Assembly: GCA_963761435.1 (NCBI GenBank)
Contig: CAVXHJ010000010.1
Span: 929,951 to 993,950, forward strand
From: an uncultured Alphaproteobacteria bacterium
Lineage (GTDB): Bacteria > Pseudomonadota > Alphaproteobacteria > Rhizobiales > Beijerinckiaceae
DNA: 64,000 bases
Direction of reading: 5' to 3'
Shown here: one piece after another, positions 21,103-31,506 of the stretch
How positions within the stretch are numbered: the stretch's first letter is position 1
Layout: each line of letters opens with the position of its first letter
Translations under genes and position numbers: made by a program
Notes under the pieces: model-generated
Database searches by the model: none
Seen by the model: the letters and a program-made list of their open reading frames with translations, nothing else
Told to the model about the DNA's origin: nothing

Positions 21103-23760
21103 TCAGCCGAGGCTTCGGGTCACGATGTCGCGAACATCGGGGGACAGCGTGGGTTGGGCGGCGATTCGCCTCAGCATCGCTTCGGCATGGCCGCGGCGGA
21201 CCATTTCCAGCGAGCGCCACGACCGCATCGCGGTGAGGAGACGCGCGGCGATTTGCGGATTGGTCGGATCGAGAAAGACGACCACCTCCTCGAGCAGAGC
21301 AAAGCCGGCGCCGTCGGCGCGATTGAACTGTGTCTGATTGGCGGCGAACCCGCCGATCAGCGCACGCACGCGGTTGGGGTTGGCAAGCGAGAAGCCGCGG
21401 TGATTCATCAGCGCGCGGACCCTCTCCAGCGTCTCGCGCTCCGGAATGAGCGCCTGGAGCGCGAACCATTTGTCGAGAATGAGCGGCTCCATCGCATAGC
21501 GGCGGCCGAAACTGTCGAGCGTATGTTCGCGCGCGGCGTCCGGCTTGAGGGCGATTGCCGAGAGCGCGCCGAGACGCTCTGTCATGTTGTCGGAGTGAGC
21601 GAGCTGGCGGTGGGCAAGAGGCAGTCCCTCGATCACGTCGCCGTCGACGAACAGGCTCAAGGCGACGTTGCGAAGCGCCCGCCGGCCCGCGGCGGCGGCG
21701 TCGGGGCTAAACGGCGAGGAATTGGCAAGCTCGGCATTGAGGGCGGCGAGCGCCGGCCCATGCGCGCGCCCGAGCGCTCCGCGCATGGCCTTGCGCGCGG
21801 CGTGGATCGCGTCCGGATCGACGTCCTGGCCGATCTCGCGCGCGATGTCGGCCTCGGTCGGCAGGCTCATGGCCAGCGCGGCGAAAGCGTGGTCGATCCG
21901 GCCGGCGCGCGCGTCCTCGACCAGCGCGCCAAACGCTGAAGCGAGCCCTCCGTCACGCTCAGGCGCGCGTCCGGCGCGGATTGCGGTCACGCCGCGGATC
22001 AGGACACGCGTCGCAAGGCTTTGAAGCGACTGCCAGCGGCTGAAGTTGTCGCTGTCATGGCGAGAGAGGACAATGAGATCCTCTTCGGTCAGGTCGTCCG
22101 CCACCCGCACGGGCGCGGAGAAGCCGCGCAAGAATGACAGGGTAGGCCGCTGAGGCACATCACGAAATACAATCGAACGCTCCGCGTCCCTGAGTTCGAA
22201 GACCCCGCCCGCGAGCTCCTCGGCGGTCGCATCCGACGACGAAAGCGGCAAGTCGCCGCCATTGGGACCGACAAGGCCGAGCGCGAGCGGCATCGTCGCA
22301 GGCAGCTTGACGGCTTGTCCCGGAGTTGGCGCGAGCCTCTGCGCAATGTCGAGTTGATAGGTCTTGGCGACGGCGTCATAGGCGCTGCGAACGGTGACCT
22401 TCGGCGTGCCTGCCTGACTGTACCAGCGCATGAAGAGGGTCAGATCGCGGCCGGAAGCCGTCTCGAAGCAACCGATGAAATCCTCGATCGTCGCCGCGCA
22501 GCCGTCGTAGCGATCGAAATAGAGATCCATGCCTGCGCGAAACGCCGTGGCGCCGATCAGGCGCTTCAGCATCCGGATGACCTCGGCGCCTTTTTGGTAG
22601 ACGGTCGCGGTGTAGAAGTTGCTGATCTCGTGATAGACCTCCGGGCGGACGTTGTGCGCCAAGGGGCCGGCGTCCTCGGGGAATTGGGCCGCGCGCAGCG
22701 TGCGCACGTCGGCGATGCGCTTGACTGGCCCCGAGCGCATGTCGGCGGAAAATTCCTGGTCGCGAAAGACGGTCAGACCCTCTTTCAGGCACAGCTGGAA
22801 CCAGTCGCGGCAGGTCACACGATTGCCGGTCCAGTTGTGGAAGTACTCGTGCGCTATGACCCCCTCGATGCCCGCGTAATCGTCGTCGGTCGCGGTCTCG
22901 GGCGACGCAAGGACGTATTTGTCGTTGAATATGTTGAGGCCCTTGTTCTCCATCGCGCCCATATTGAAATCGGATACGGCGACGATGTTGAAGACGTCGA
23001 GATCATACTCGCGGCCGTAGGCCCGTTCGTCCCACGCCATCGACCGCTTCAGCGCGTCCATCGCATAATGCGCGCGCTCCTCGCGGCCGTGCTCAACGAA
23101 GATTCCAAGCGCAACCTTTCGGCCCGACATCGTGACGAACGAATCCGCGATATGGCCGAGATCGCCGGCGACCAGCGCGAACAGGTAACACGGCTTCTTG
23201 TGCGGATCGCGCCAAACGGCGTAATGGCGTCCGGGAGTGTCGGCTTCGCCCACGCTCTCGAGATTGCCGTTGGAGAGCAGCACCGGCGCTTCGGCCCGAT
23301 CCGCTTCGAGCCGCACGCGATAGGTTGAGAGCACGTCCGGCCGGTCGAGGAAATAGGCGATGCGCCGGAAGCCCTCGGCCTCGCATTGCGTGCAATAGGC
23401 CGACCCGGAGCGATAAAGGCCCATCAGCTTGGTGTTGGCCGCCGGATCGAGGCGGGTCTCGACCTTGAGTTTGAACGCACGCTGGGGGGGCCGATGAAGC
23501 AGAAACTGCGACGGGCTCGTCTCGAAGTCGGCGTCGCCGAGCGGCTCGCCGTCCAAACTCGCGGACATAAACAGGAGTTCATCGCCGTCGAGGGCCAGCG
23601 CCGCTCCCTCGCGGCCAGCTGGATTGGGCCTGATCGACAGGGTCGAGACGACGCGTGTCGCATGGATGTCGAGTGAGACATCGAGCTCCACGAGGTCGAT
23701 GAGATAGTCCGGCGCGCGATAGTCGGTGAGGCGAACCGGCTGTCCGACCGATGTGCGCAT
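21103..23760 (-). CDS. pepN: Aminopeptidase N
   Basis: TQCEAEGFR, GAMENKGLNIFN, HEYFHNWTGNRVTCRDWFQL, NPNRVRAL. Confidence 0.96.
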   Translation of the reverse strand: MRTSVGQPVRLTDYRAPDYLIDLVELDVSLDIHATRVVSTLSIRPNPAGREGAALALDGDELLFMSASLDGEPLGDADFETSPSQFLLHRPPQRAFKLKVETRLDPAANTKLMGLYRSGSAYCTQCEAEGFRRIAYFLDRPDVLSTYRVRLEADRAEAPVLLSNGNLESVGEADTPGRHYAVWRDPHKKPCYLFALVAGDLGHIADSFVTMSGRKVALGIFVEHGREERAHYAMDALKRSMAWDERAYGREYDLDVFNIVAVSDFNMGAMENKGLNIFNDKYVLASPETATDDDYAGIEGVIAHEYFHNWTGNRVTCRDWFQLCLKEGLTVFRDQEFSADMRSGPVKRIADVRTLRAAQFPEDAGPLAHNVRPEVYHEISNFYTATVYQKGAEVIRMLKRLIGATAFRAGMDLYFDRYDGCAATIEDFIGCFETASGRDLTLFMRWYSQAGTPKVTVRSAYDAVAKTYQLDIAQRLAPTPGQAVKLPATMPLALGLVGPNGGDLPLSSSDATAEELAGGVFELRDAERSIVFRDVPQRPTLSFLRGFSAPVRVADDLTEEDLIVLSRHDSDNFSRWQSLQSLATRVLIRGVTAIRAGRAPERDGGLASAFGALVEDARAGRIDHAFAALAMSLPTEADIAREIGQDVDPDAIHAARKAMRGALGRAHGPALAALNAELANSSPFSPDAAAAGRRALRNVALSLFVDGDVIEGLPLAHRQLAHSDNMTERLGALSAIALKPDAAREHTLDSFGRRYAMEPLILDKWFALQALIPERETLERVRALMNHRGFSLANPNRVRALIGGFAANQTQFNRADGAGFALLEEVVVFLDPTNPQIAARLLTAMRSWRSLEMVRRGHAEAMLRRIAAQPTLSPDVRDIVTRSLG

Positions 23761-23795
23761 GGGCGGCCTTTCGGAGTGTTGGATTTGCTCCGCGA

Positions 23796-24683
23796 TCAGG
23801 CCGGAGCCGAGCCGATGGTCGGCGAGGGGGTAAACGTCAACCCGTAGCGGCGCAAGGTCTTTTGCAGCGCCGCGGGCGGCGCAACGCCGCTGGTGAAGAT
23901 CGCCGCCCCGCCGTGCGCCGCTGGAGCTTCGGCCCGGGCCGCGCCGATCACGGCGTCGAGACGGCGTGCAATCGCCGGCGCCGGATCGACGAAGCCGACC
24001 GGCCAGGGGGAAAGCCGCTCGAGCCGATCGACGATAAGCGGAAAATGGGTGCAGGCGAGCACGACATGGTCGGTGCGTCTGCCATCGCGTTCGACGAAAC
24101 ACGGCGCGATCTCGCGCACGATCTCCTGATCGTCGACCGCTTCGCCGCGCATGACGCGTTCGGCGATCACCGCCAGGTGCGACGAGCCCACGAGCGCCAC
24201 CTCGCAATCGTGCGCATGCTCGCGCACCAGCGCGTGGGTATAGTCCCGCGCCACCGTCCCGCGGGTCGCGAGCACGCTGATCAGGCGCGATCGCGACGCC
24301 GCCGCCGCCGGCTTGACCGCCGGCACAGTGCCCACGAACGGCAGACGTGGATAGGCGGCCCTCAGCGGCGGCAGGGCGAGGGTGGAGGCGGTGCTGCAGG
24401 CGATCACAACGACGTCGGGTTCGGCGTCGGCGACGAGGCGCCCCATTACCGTTTCGACCCGGGCGACGAGGGCCGCCTCATCGAGGCGGCCATAGGGAAA
24501 GGCGGCGTCGTCCGCGGCGTAGACGATCTCGACATCCGGCCTGAGGCGCCTGATTTCGGCCAGCACCGAGAGGCCGCCAAGCCCCGAATCGAAAACGAGG
24601 GCGCGCGGCGACGCCGTGTCCGCGCCCAAATCGGCGACTACGCCTAACCCCAGTTCGCCACGCTCATCGGCCGCCTTATTCAT
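23796..24683 (-). CDS. murI: Glutamate racemase
   Basis: VFDSGLGGLSV, FPYG, IACSTAS, VLACTHFP. Confidence 0.94.
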   Translation of the reverse strand: MNKAADERGELGLGVVADLGADTASPRALVFDSGLGGLSVLAEIRRLRPDVEIVYAADDAAFPYGRLDEAALVARVETVMGRLVADAEPDVVVIACSTASTLALPPLRAAYPRLPFVGTVPAVKPAAAASRSRLISVLATRGTVARDYTHALVREHAHDCEVALVGSSHLAVIAERVMRGEAVDDQEIVREIAPCFVERDGRRTDHVVLACTHFPLIVDRLERLSPWPVGFVDPAPAIARRLDAVIGAARAEAPAAHGGAAIFTSGVAPPAALQKTLRRYGLTFTPSPTIGSAPA

Positions 24684-24807
24684 TTGCGGACGCCTTACGC
24701 CAATTGGGCGCCCGCGGCAAAGGTGGGTTGGGCCATTGACCCAGCGAGAACGATTCGGCCAAGGAGAGGCTTCGCGTTTTCGCGACGGGAGTCCCGCGCT
24801 GTCCCTT

Positions 24808-25773
24808 ATGTCGTCCTCCGAGGCCGATTTCACCGCCGAGCCGGTCGAGCGCTTGATGGCGCCGGAGACGCCTACCCCGGCCGAGCGCAGGGGCCTGGCG
24901 ATAGCTCTCATCGCTGCGGCGGCGCTCCATCTCCTGATTCCGGCGGCGCTCTTTGTTTATTACCTGATCTGGCCGTATATGACCCCGACCGCGGTCCAGG
25001 AGATTCCGGTCGAAGTGGTGGTCGAGCAGCCGCCGCCAGCCCCGCCGCCCAAGCCAAAACAACCCGAGGATAAGCCCAAACCACCGCCGAAGCCTTTCGA
25101 AGAGAAGCCCGCCTTCGATGCGCCTGCGCCGGAGACCAAGGAGAAGGTCAACCGCGAGGCACCCGACAAGACAACCGAAGCTCCGGCCGCCCAGGCTCCG
25201 CCGACGCCAACTCCCGGCGCTCCGCCGAAGAGCGAGGCGCAGTCCCCCACACCCGCGCCGGCCGAGGCGCAGAAGCCGCAGAGCGCGCCGGCGTCGCACG
25301 ACCTAAAGGCGGAGCCGGAGGGCGAATTGCCAGGGGACATAAGCCCGAAGCCACAGAACGAAACGGCCGAGGCGGCCGCCCCGGCCGCACCGTCGCCCCC
25401 GGCCAAGGCGCCGGTCGGGGAGGCGCTGCCGACAATCGAGGACCTGCCGCAATATAAGTTCGCGCGCGAGGTCGAGCACTCGCCGGTGGTGGGGGGGAAC
25501 GCCGAATCCCGGTATCTCACGATCGTCTATGGAATGATCAAGCAGCATTTGCACGAAACCGCGGAGCTTCGTCTCGACAGCGCGAACAAGCGGGGCGTAG
25601 TCGACTTTTACGTCGACGAGGGCGGCAATCTTGTCGGTCGCAAGCTGATCAGTTCGAGCGGGTCGCCGAACCTGGATCTGGCGGTCATGGCGGCGATCGC
25701 CGCGGCTGCGCCGTACCCCGCGCCACCGAACTGGTCGCCCCTTTACCTGACCTATAATTTCGGCAGACGTTAA
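24808..25773 (+). CDS. TonB/TolA-like Pro-rich energy transducer
   Basis: TM anchor with ALH, IPVEVV, long Pro-rich linker, C-terminal SSGSPNLDLAVMAAI..AAPYPAPP. Confidence 0.8.
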   Translation: MSSSEADFTAEPVERLMAPETPTPAERRGLAIALIAAAALHLLIPAALFVYYLIWPYMTPTAVQEIPVEVVVEQPPPAPPPKPKQPEDKPKPPPKPFEEKPAFDAPAPETKEKVNREAPDKTTEAPAAQAPPTPTPGAPPKSEAQSPTPAPAEAQKPQSAPASHDLKAEPEGELPGDISPKPQNETAEAAAPAAPSPPAKAPVGEALPTIEDLPQYKFAREVEHSPVVGGNAESRYLTIVYGMIKQHLHETAELRLDSANKRGVVDFYVDEGGNLVGRKLISSSGSPNLDLAVMAAIAAAAPYPAPPNWSPLYLTYNFGRR

Positions 25774-25807
25774 GCCCGGGCTCTCCGGTCAGCCCGGCGC
25801 CAGGTCC

Positions 25808-26053
25808 TCACGGGACACAATAGTAATTTACTCTGACGCGATCGAAATCCGCGACGCTGTCCCAATTGTGCACGGCTTGCATGCCGTATCTCGCGCATTC
25901 CCGACTTGCCTCGGCGTAGAACGCGGAAGGCGGCGGAAACGGGGGGCTGGGCGGCGCGTTGGGATAGTAGATGAACGTGACGTCGCGATAGGCCCCGCAG
26001 CCGCTCAGGCCGCCCACGGCGGCGAGCATTCCGATCAGGAAGACAATTCGCAT
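25808..26053 (-). CDS. Small lipoprotein
   Basis: Lipobox GLSGC after a hydrophobic stretch; ASRECARYG..YYCVP. Confidence 0.7.
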   Translation of the reverse strand: MRIVFLIGMLAAVGGLSGCGAYRDVTFIYYPNAPPSPPFPPPSAFYAEASRECARYGMQAVHNWDSVADFDRVRVNYYCVP

Positions 26054-26256
26054 TTCTGCCCCACGCCTCGCGAATTGGCGGGCCGTCCCGGATCAGCCCG
26101 ACTCTCTGACCACAGTGTGCCCCTCCACAGCCCATCGCGCAAGCCTGATTGGCCCAGGCCATCGCCCAGGGCGAGAACAAAGCCGCTTCGGCAAAACGCG
26201 AGCCGCCAGAATTTCGCAGTCGCCCACCGGCGCTCCGATCTCTGCTAAGAATGGGC

Positions 26257-27141
26257 ATGGCCAGAATTAGCATCGTGCATGCAACGGAATACGCCTACCG
26301 CAATCCGGTTGGCTTCACCCGTCATCGCTTGATGCTGCGGCCGGACGACAGCCATGATCTCAAGCTTCACCACGCAGCGCTCGACATCGATCCGAAGCCC
26401 TCGCTCGTCCATTGGACGCATGACGCGTTCGACAATTCGATCTGCTTTCTCGAATGGCCGGAGAGGCTGAGAGCGGATCGTCTCAGCATTGTTTCGACCC
26501 TCGAACTGACCCATCATCCCGACGGGCCGCCGCTGCCGGTCTATAGCCTCGACCCGGGCGCCGAAACTTTTCCGTTCACCTATGCGCCCGACGAGATGCC
26601 GGATCTCGCGAGCCTCGCGGAACGGCGAGCGCCGGACGCGGATGGAGCGGTCGATGCGTGGGCGCGCCGCTTCCTCGGGGAAAAAGGCGCGGCCAAAACG
26701 CTCGCCGTCATGGAGGCGATGACGCATGCGATAAAAGCGGAATTCCGCTATCAGGCCCGACATGAAGAAGGCACGCGGACCGCGGCCGAGACAATCGCGC
26801 GCGGATCGGGAACCTGCCGTGATTTCGCTGTTCTCATGATGGAGGCGCTGCGCACCTTTGGCGTGGCCACGCGTTTCGTCACCGGATACCTCTACGACGA
26901 CACATCGGGAACGACGCGGGGCGGCGGCAGCACCCACGCCTGGTGCAATGTCTATTTGCCCGGGGCTGGATGGATGGAATACGATCCGACCAACGGCCTG
27001 GTTGCGGGGTCCAACCTCGTCCGCGTCGGTGTCGCGAGGTCGGCGGCGCAGGCGGTGCCGATCTCCGGCGGATATGTCGGCGGTCCCGATGATTCGATCG
27101 GGCTCGAGGTGGATGTCGCGGTTCGCGCCGTGCCGATCTGA
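26257..27141 (+). CDS. Transglutaminase-like protein
   Basis: H.TEYAY..LMLRP N-domain; GTCRDFA, THAW, YDPTN (Cys-His-Asp triad). Confidence 0.92.
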   Translation: MARISIVHATEYAYRNPVGFTRHRLMLRPDDSHDLKLHHAALDIDPKPSLVHWTHDAFDNSICFLEWPERLRADRLSIVSTLELTHHPDGPPLPVYSLDPGAETFPFTYAPDEMPDLASLAERRAPDADGAVDAWARRFLGEKGAAKTLAVMEAMTHAIKAEFRYQARHEEGTRTAAETIARGSGTCRDFAVLMMEALRTFGVATRFVTGYLYDDTSGTTRGGGSTHAWCNVYLPGAGWMEYDPTNGLVAGSNLVRVGVARSAAQAVPISGGYVGGPDDSIGLEVDVAVRAVPI

Positions 27142-27161
27142 CGCGCATTGGAATAACGGGC

Positions 27162-28196
27162 GTGAGGCGGCTCGGGACTTGGAGCGAAGGGTTGAGTTCC
27201 GACCGGCCGAGCGACGCATCAGTCGATCCGCCCTATGTTTCGACCGGGCGGCTACCGTCTTCGGATGTGGTGCGGACGCTGGTGAGCCAAGCGCACGAGC
27301 GCTTCAAGGCGAACCGCGACGGCGCCAACTCTGACGTTTACCCTGCTCTCGCAAATGTCGCGCCGGATCTCCTCGGGCTTTGCGTGGTCGGCGTCACAGG
27401 GCAGGCCTACGCGAGCGGAGATTGGGACTTCCCGTTCTCGATCATGAGCGTGTCGAAGCCGTTCGTCTTTGCGCTCATCTGTCAGACTCTGGGGCCGGAG
27501 GCCGCGCGCAAGCGCCTGGGCGTCAACGCGACCGGCCTGCCGTTCAATTCGCTCACTGCGGTTGAGCACAGCGCTGACGGGCGAACCAATCCGATGGTCA
27601 ATCCAGGCGCGATCGCTACGACGAGCCTCGCCCCCGGGGCGACCATCGACGAGCAATGGCGGTTCATTCTCGACGGGCTCTCCCGGTTCGCTGGCCGCGC
27701 GCTCAAGATCAACGACGCGGTCTTCACTTCCGCGATGGGCGGCAACTCGCGCAATCAGGCGATTGCCCAGTTGCTCCAAAACTACGGGCAGATCGCGATC
27801 GAGCCATCCGACGCCGTCGAACTCTATACACGGCAATGCTCGCTGAACGTGACCGCGAAGGATCTGGCCGTCATGGGAGCGACGCTCGCCGATGGCGGCG
27901 TCAATCCAGTAACGAATACGCGCGTGATCGGCTCCGAGAGTTGCAAGTGCGCGCTGGCGGTGATGGCGACGGCGGGGCTCTACGAAACCTCGGGCGACTG
28001 GCTCTACGATGTCGGCCTGCCGGGCAAGAGTGGGATCGGCGGCGGCATTGTCGCGGTTTCGCCGGGCAAGGGGGGCTTCGGCGCCTTCGGCCCGCGGCTC
28101 GATGAAGCCGGCAACAGCGTCAAGGGACAGCTTGCCGCCCGCTACCTCTCGGAACGCCTGGGCTTGAGCCTGTTTGCCTCGGCGGCGGAGCCTTGA
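27162..28196 (+). CDS. glsA: Glutaminase A
   Basis: FSIMSVSKP, NPMVNPGAI, YTRQCS, GLPGKSGIGGG, LDEAGNSVKG. Confidence 0.94.
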   Translation: MRRLGTWSEGLSSDRPSDASVDPPYVSTGRLPSSDVVRTLVSQAHERFKANRDGANSDVYPALANVAPDLLGLCVVGVTGQAYASGDWDFPFSIMSVSKPFVFALICQTLGPEAARKRLGVNATGLPFNSLTAVEHSADGRTNPMVNPGAIATTSLAPGATIDEQWRFILDGLSRFAGRALKINDAVFTSAMGGNSRNQAIAQLLQNYGQIAIEPSDAVELYTRQCSLNVTAKDLAVMGATLADGGVNPVTNTRVIGSESCKCALAVMATAGLYETSGDWLYDVGLPGKSGIGGGIVAVSPGKGGFGAFGPRLDEAGNSVKGQLAARYLSERLGLSLFASAAEP

Positions 28197-28211
28197 GGTG
28201 GCGACAGCGCC

Positions 28212-28299
28212 GTCATTGCGAGCGCAGCGAAGCAATCCAGGGCAACGTAGGGCGCCCAGTATCTCCGGATCGCGACGTCGCTTTGCTCCTCGCGATGAC
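28212..28299. repeat. GTCATTGCGAG-type REP-like palindrome
   Basis: GTCATTGCGAGCGCAGCGAAGCAATCC..GGATCGCGACGTCGCTTTGCTCCTCGCGATGAC; same family as the one at ~16471. Confidence 0.75.
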
Positions 28300-28343
28300 A
28301 GATCCCCCGTGGACGCGGCATGTTCAGAGGGAACGGAAAGACA

Positions 28344-29549
28344 ATGAGGTCGATCGAGGCGCCCGGCCTGCTGACGTTCACGATCGCGATCCTGGTGTTC
28401 TTCGCCGGCGCCGGGCTCAATCGTCTCATCCCGCCGCTGAGACGCTGGAACATTCCCGAGGCAGTGACCGGCGGGCTGCTGGCCGCAGTGCTGACGCTCA
28501 TCGCTTATCTCGGGCTCGGGATCGAGATCGGCTTCTCGCTCGAGGCGCGCGACCTCTTGCTGCTCTATTTCTTCACCGGCATCGGCCTCAACGCCAAACT
28601 TGACGACCTCATTGCGGGCGGCCGCCCGTTTCTCATGCTGCTCGGCCTCACGCTCGCCTATCTCGTCATCCAGAACCTGATCGCCGCCGGCAGCGTCGCG
28701 GCGCTCGGCCTGCCGAAGGGGATCACGCCCTTTCTCGGCTCGGCGTCGCTCATCGGCGGTCATGGAACCACGATCGCCTGGGCGCCGATCATCGCTGAGC
28801 GCTTCGGGCTCGCCAACGCGCTCGAAGTCGGCATCGCCACGGCGACGCTCGGGCTCGTGGTCGCGAGCCTGGTCGGCGGGCCGATCGCCGGCTTCCTCAT
28901 AGCCCGCCACAAACTGAGCGGCCCCTCGGCGGCCGATCCGGTTGTCGGCCTGCCCGACGCACCGGACGACAGGCCGGTCGACGATATCAGCCACGTCCGG
29001 CTTCTGCGCACGCTTCTCGTGCTCAATGTGGTGATCCTGATCGGCTACGGGCTCGAGGAAACGGTGGAAGAGACCGGCGTCAAGCTGCCGCTGTTCGTCG
29101 TCTGCCTTTTGGTCGCGATCGTCATCACCAACATTGTTCCGCGGCTCTATCCGAAACTCGAATGGCCGACGCGGTCGCGCTCGCTCGCGCTGATCTCCGA
29201 TCTGTCGCTCAACATCTTCCTGGCGATGTCGCTGATGAGCATGCAGCTCTGGACGCTTGGCGGGCTCGGACCGGCCCTGGTTGTCGTCCTCGCGGCGCAG
29301 ACGGTCGCGGCGGTCGCCTATATCGTCTTCGCCGTCTTCCCGGCCATGGGCCGAGATTATCAGGCCGCGGTGATCTCGGCTGGGTTCACCGGCATCAGCC
29401 TTGGCGCAACGCCAACGGCAATCGCCAATATGACCGCCGTGACCAAGCTGCACGGCGCCTGCGCCCAGGCTTTCATCATCCTGCCGCTGGTCTCGGCCTT
29501 TTTCATCGACATCGCGAATGCGTTCGCGATCGGATTCATGGCGCGGTGA
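28344..29549 (+). CDS. gltS: Sodium/glutamate symporter
   Basis: IPEAVTGG, FFTGIGL, GGHGT, LGATPTAIANM, PLVSAFFID. Confidence 0.93.
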   Translation: MRSIEAPGLLTFTIAILVFFAGAGLNRLIPPLRRWNIPEAVTGGLLAAVLTLIAYLGLGIEIGFSLEARDLLLLYFFTGIGLNAKLDDLIAGGRPFLMLLGLTLAYLVIQNLIAAGSVAALGLPKGITPFLGSASLIGGHGTTIAWAPIIAERFGLANALEVGIATATLGLVVASLVGGPIAGFLIARHKLSGPSAADPVVGLPDAPDDRPVDDISHVRLLRTLLVLNVVILIGYGLEETVEETGVKLPLFVVCLLVAIVITNIVPRLYPKLEWPTRSRSLALISDLSLNIFLAMSLMSMQLWTLGGLGPALVVVLAAQTVAAVAYIVFAVFPAMGRDYQAAVISAGFTGISLGATPTAIANMTAVTKLHGACAQAFIILPLVSAFFIDIANAFAIGFMAR

Positions 29550-29584
29550 GGACAGGAGCGTCCTCCCTCCCGCCGGCCGTCCGA

Positions 29585-29824
29585 TCAGAGACGGGGCGTG
29601 GCGCGCACGTGGCGCGCATGTTCGGCGGTGGAGCGGGCGCGTTGTCGGTTGAGCGTGCCCCGATGCCTGGCCCGGGCCGCGTTCGTTCCGGCGCCGGCCC
29701 CCATTCTCGACGCGACGGGCGCCGAAGTCGCTGAAGCGCCCGGCTGGCCGCTCTGGGCGAGGGCGGCCAACGGCGAGAGCGCCAGCCCAGCCGCCAAGCC
29801 GATCAAGGCGATCCTGTTGACCAT
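29585..29824 (-). CDS. Small secreted hypothetical protein
   Basis: Signal peptide MVNRIALIGLAAGLALSPLAALAQ; Arg-rich tail. Confidence 0.6.
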   Translation of the reverse strand: MVNRIALIGLAAGLALSPLAALAQSGQPGASATSAPVASRMGAGAGTNAARARHRGTLNRQRARSTAEHARHVRATPRL

Positions 29825-29969
29825 CGTCGCGGAGTCCGGGCAATACGGGAGCGCCCCGCTTACCCGCCAGCGACCGCCGTGTCGAGGCTCCCGTTGCGGG
29901 ACGCCCTCGGTTTGGGGGCGAACCCGAAAGTCCGGGTGACAACGAGGCGCGCACACTGACCCTTCCTTC

Positions 29970-30962
29970 ATGACGCCCCTATCGATCCTCGAGCTCGTCC
30001 GAGTCACCCAGGGCGCCGACGCCAGCGCCGCGCTCGCCAACGCCCGCGATCTCGCGGCGCATGCCGAGAAATGGGGCTACCGCCGCATCTGGGTGGCGGA
30101 GCATCACAACATGCCGGGCGTCGCCAGCGCGGCGACTTCGGTCGTGCTCGCCCATCTCGCGGCCGGGACGGCGACCATCCGGGTCGGGGCGGGCGGGATC
30201 ATGCTGCCGAACCATGCGCCCTACGTCATCGCCGAGCAATTCGGAACGCTGGCCCGGCTCTTTCCCGGCCGCATCGACCTGGGCCTCGGGCGCGCCCCCG
30301 GCACCGACCAGACGACCCTCCGCGCTCTGCGGCGTCCCCCGGAGGCGGCGGAAACCTTCCCCCAGGACGTTCTCGAATTGCAGGCGTTCCTGGCTCCCGC
30401 AGGTCCCGCCCAGCGCATCCAGGCGGTCCCGGCGGCGGGAACGGAAGTGCCGCTCTACATCCTCGGTTCGAGCCATTTCGGCGCGATGCTCGCCGCTGAG
30501 CTGGGCCTTCCCTACGCCTTCGCCTCGCATTTCGCGCCCGACCTGCTCATTCCCGCGCTTGAGATTTATCGCAGCCGGTTCAAGCCGTCGGAGCAACTCG
30601 ACCGGCCCTACGCCATGGTCGGCGTCAACATCGTCGCCGCCGACAGCGACGACGAAGCGCGCCGTCTCGCCACGACCCAGCAGATGTCGTTCACAAACAT
30701 CTTTCGCGGCGCGCGCGGCTTAAGCCAGCCGCCGATTGACGACATTGAAAGCTATTGGTCGCCGACCGAGAAGGCTCAGGCGAAAAGAATGCTCGCCCGC
30801 TCGATTATCGGCTCTCCCGATACGGTCCAATCCGGCATAGAGGCCCTGGTCGCGGAAACCGGGGCGGATGAGTTGATCGTAGTCTCGGATGTCTATGACC
30901 ATGCCAGGCGACTGCGTTCGTTCGAGCTTATCGCCCGGGCTGCGAGCTTCCAACCGATTTAA
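29970..30962 (+). CDS. LLM-class flavin-dependent oxidoreductase (luciferase-like)
   Basis: [35 protein letters not shown]. Confidence 0.93.
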   Translation: MTPLSILELVRVTQGADASAALANARDLAAHAEKWGYRRIWVAEHHNMPGVASAATSVVLAHLAAGTATIRVGAGGIMLPNHAPYVIAEQFGTLARLFPGRIDLGLGRAPGTDQTTLRALRRPPEAAETFPQDVLELQAFLAPAGPAQRIQAVPAAGTEVPLYILGSSHFGAMLAAELGLPYAFASHFAPDLLIPALEIYRSRFKPSEQLDRPYAMVGVNIVAADSDDEARRLATTQQMSFTNIFRGARGLSQPPIDDIESYWSPTEKAQAKRMLARSIIGSPDTVQSGIEALVAETGADELIVVSDVYDHARRLRSFELIARAASFQPI

Positions 30963-30964
30963 TT

Positions 30965-31150
30965 CTACGCGTGAGCCTGGCTTTTTTCTATGATGCCGAG
31001 CCTGTCGCAGACGATGTTTTCCGGCAGACCGTTGGACTTTATGAATTCCGGGTAAGCCTGCAGCGCGCCATCCCATCGCGGTTCGGCGAGGCTGCAGTCA
31101 TCAACCACGATCATTCCGGACCTCCCGATAGCTGTGGCGCCAGGCAAACT
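30965..31150 (-). pseudogene. 3' remnant of a TylF/MycF-like methyltransferase
   Basis: GMIVVDDC..WDGALQAY.EF resembles the TylF C-terminus; no 5' part present. Confidence 0.4.
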
Positions 31151-31226
31151 TCGTGATTGCCTTGTTGGTCTGATCCAATGCGGGCCCCGCCGCGTATCAA
31201 GCGAGGTTGGCTTCTCCCGCTGGCTC

Positions 31227-31261
31227 AGGCCCCAAGGCGAAAACCGCGGGGCCTTCTTTTT
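31227..31261 (+). terminator. Rho-independent terminator-like hairpin
   Basis: AGGCCCC..GGGGCCT followed by TCTTTTT. Confidence 0.45.
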
Positions 31262-31344
31262 GCTCCATACCTCGCAAAACGGCGCGACCATGGCGCCGAC
31301 GCGCGGTGGTCGTCGACCTTCAAATCAAATAGGAGCGCAGGCCC

Positions 31345-31506
31345 ATGCGGCTTCCGATCATTCTCGCTCTCGCGGCCTTCGCGCTCGCCGGCTGCAACGC
31401 GAGCCCGGCGCCCGACGCCTCAGCGCAGTCCGGCCGATTTGCCGTCTCCGCCGTGCAGGATCCGATCCATCAGGCGCAAACAAGCGGCTTCTATGCCGGC
31501 CGCTGA
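31345..31506 (+). CDS. 53-aa lipoprotein (absent from the ORF track)
   Basis: AGGAG RBS; MRLPIILALAAFALAGC lipobox, then NASPAPDASAQSGRFAVSAVQDPIHQAQTSGFYAGR*. Confidence 0.75.
   Translation: MRLPIILALAAFALAGCNASPAPDASAQSGRFAVSAVQDPIHQAQTSGFYAGR

Noticed and set aside
23761-24207. N-terminal extension of PepN (also apparent extensions of odc, ettA, mtlK, cobW and the FGGY kinase)
   Set aside because: These overlap neighbouring genes or intergenic DNA; family-typical starts lie downstream.
27252-29954. 900-aa antisense ORF (likewise 33359-35200 and 55622-58057)
   Set aside because: Shadow frames opposite well-supported genes, expected at high GC.
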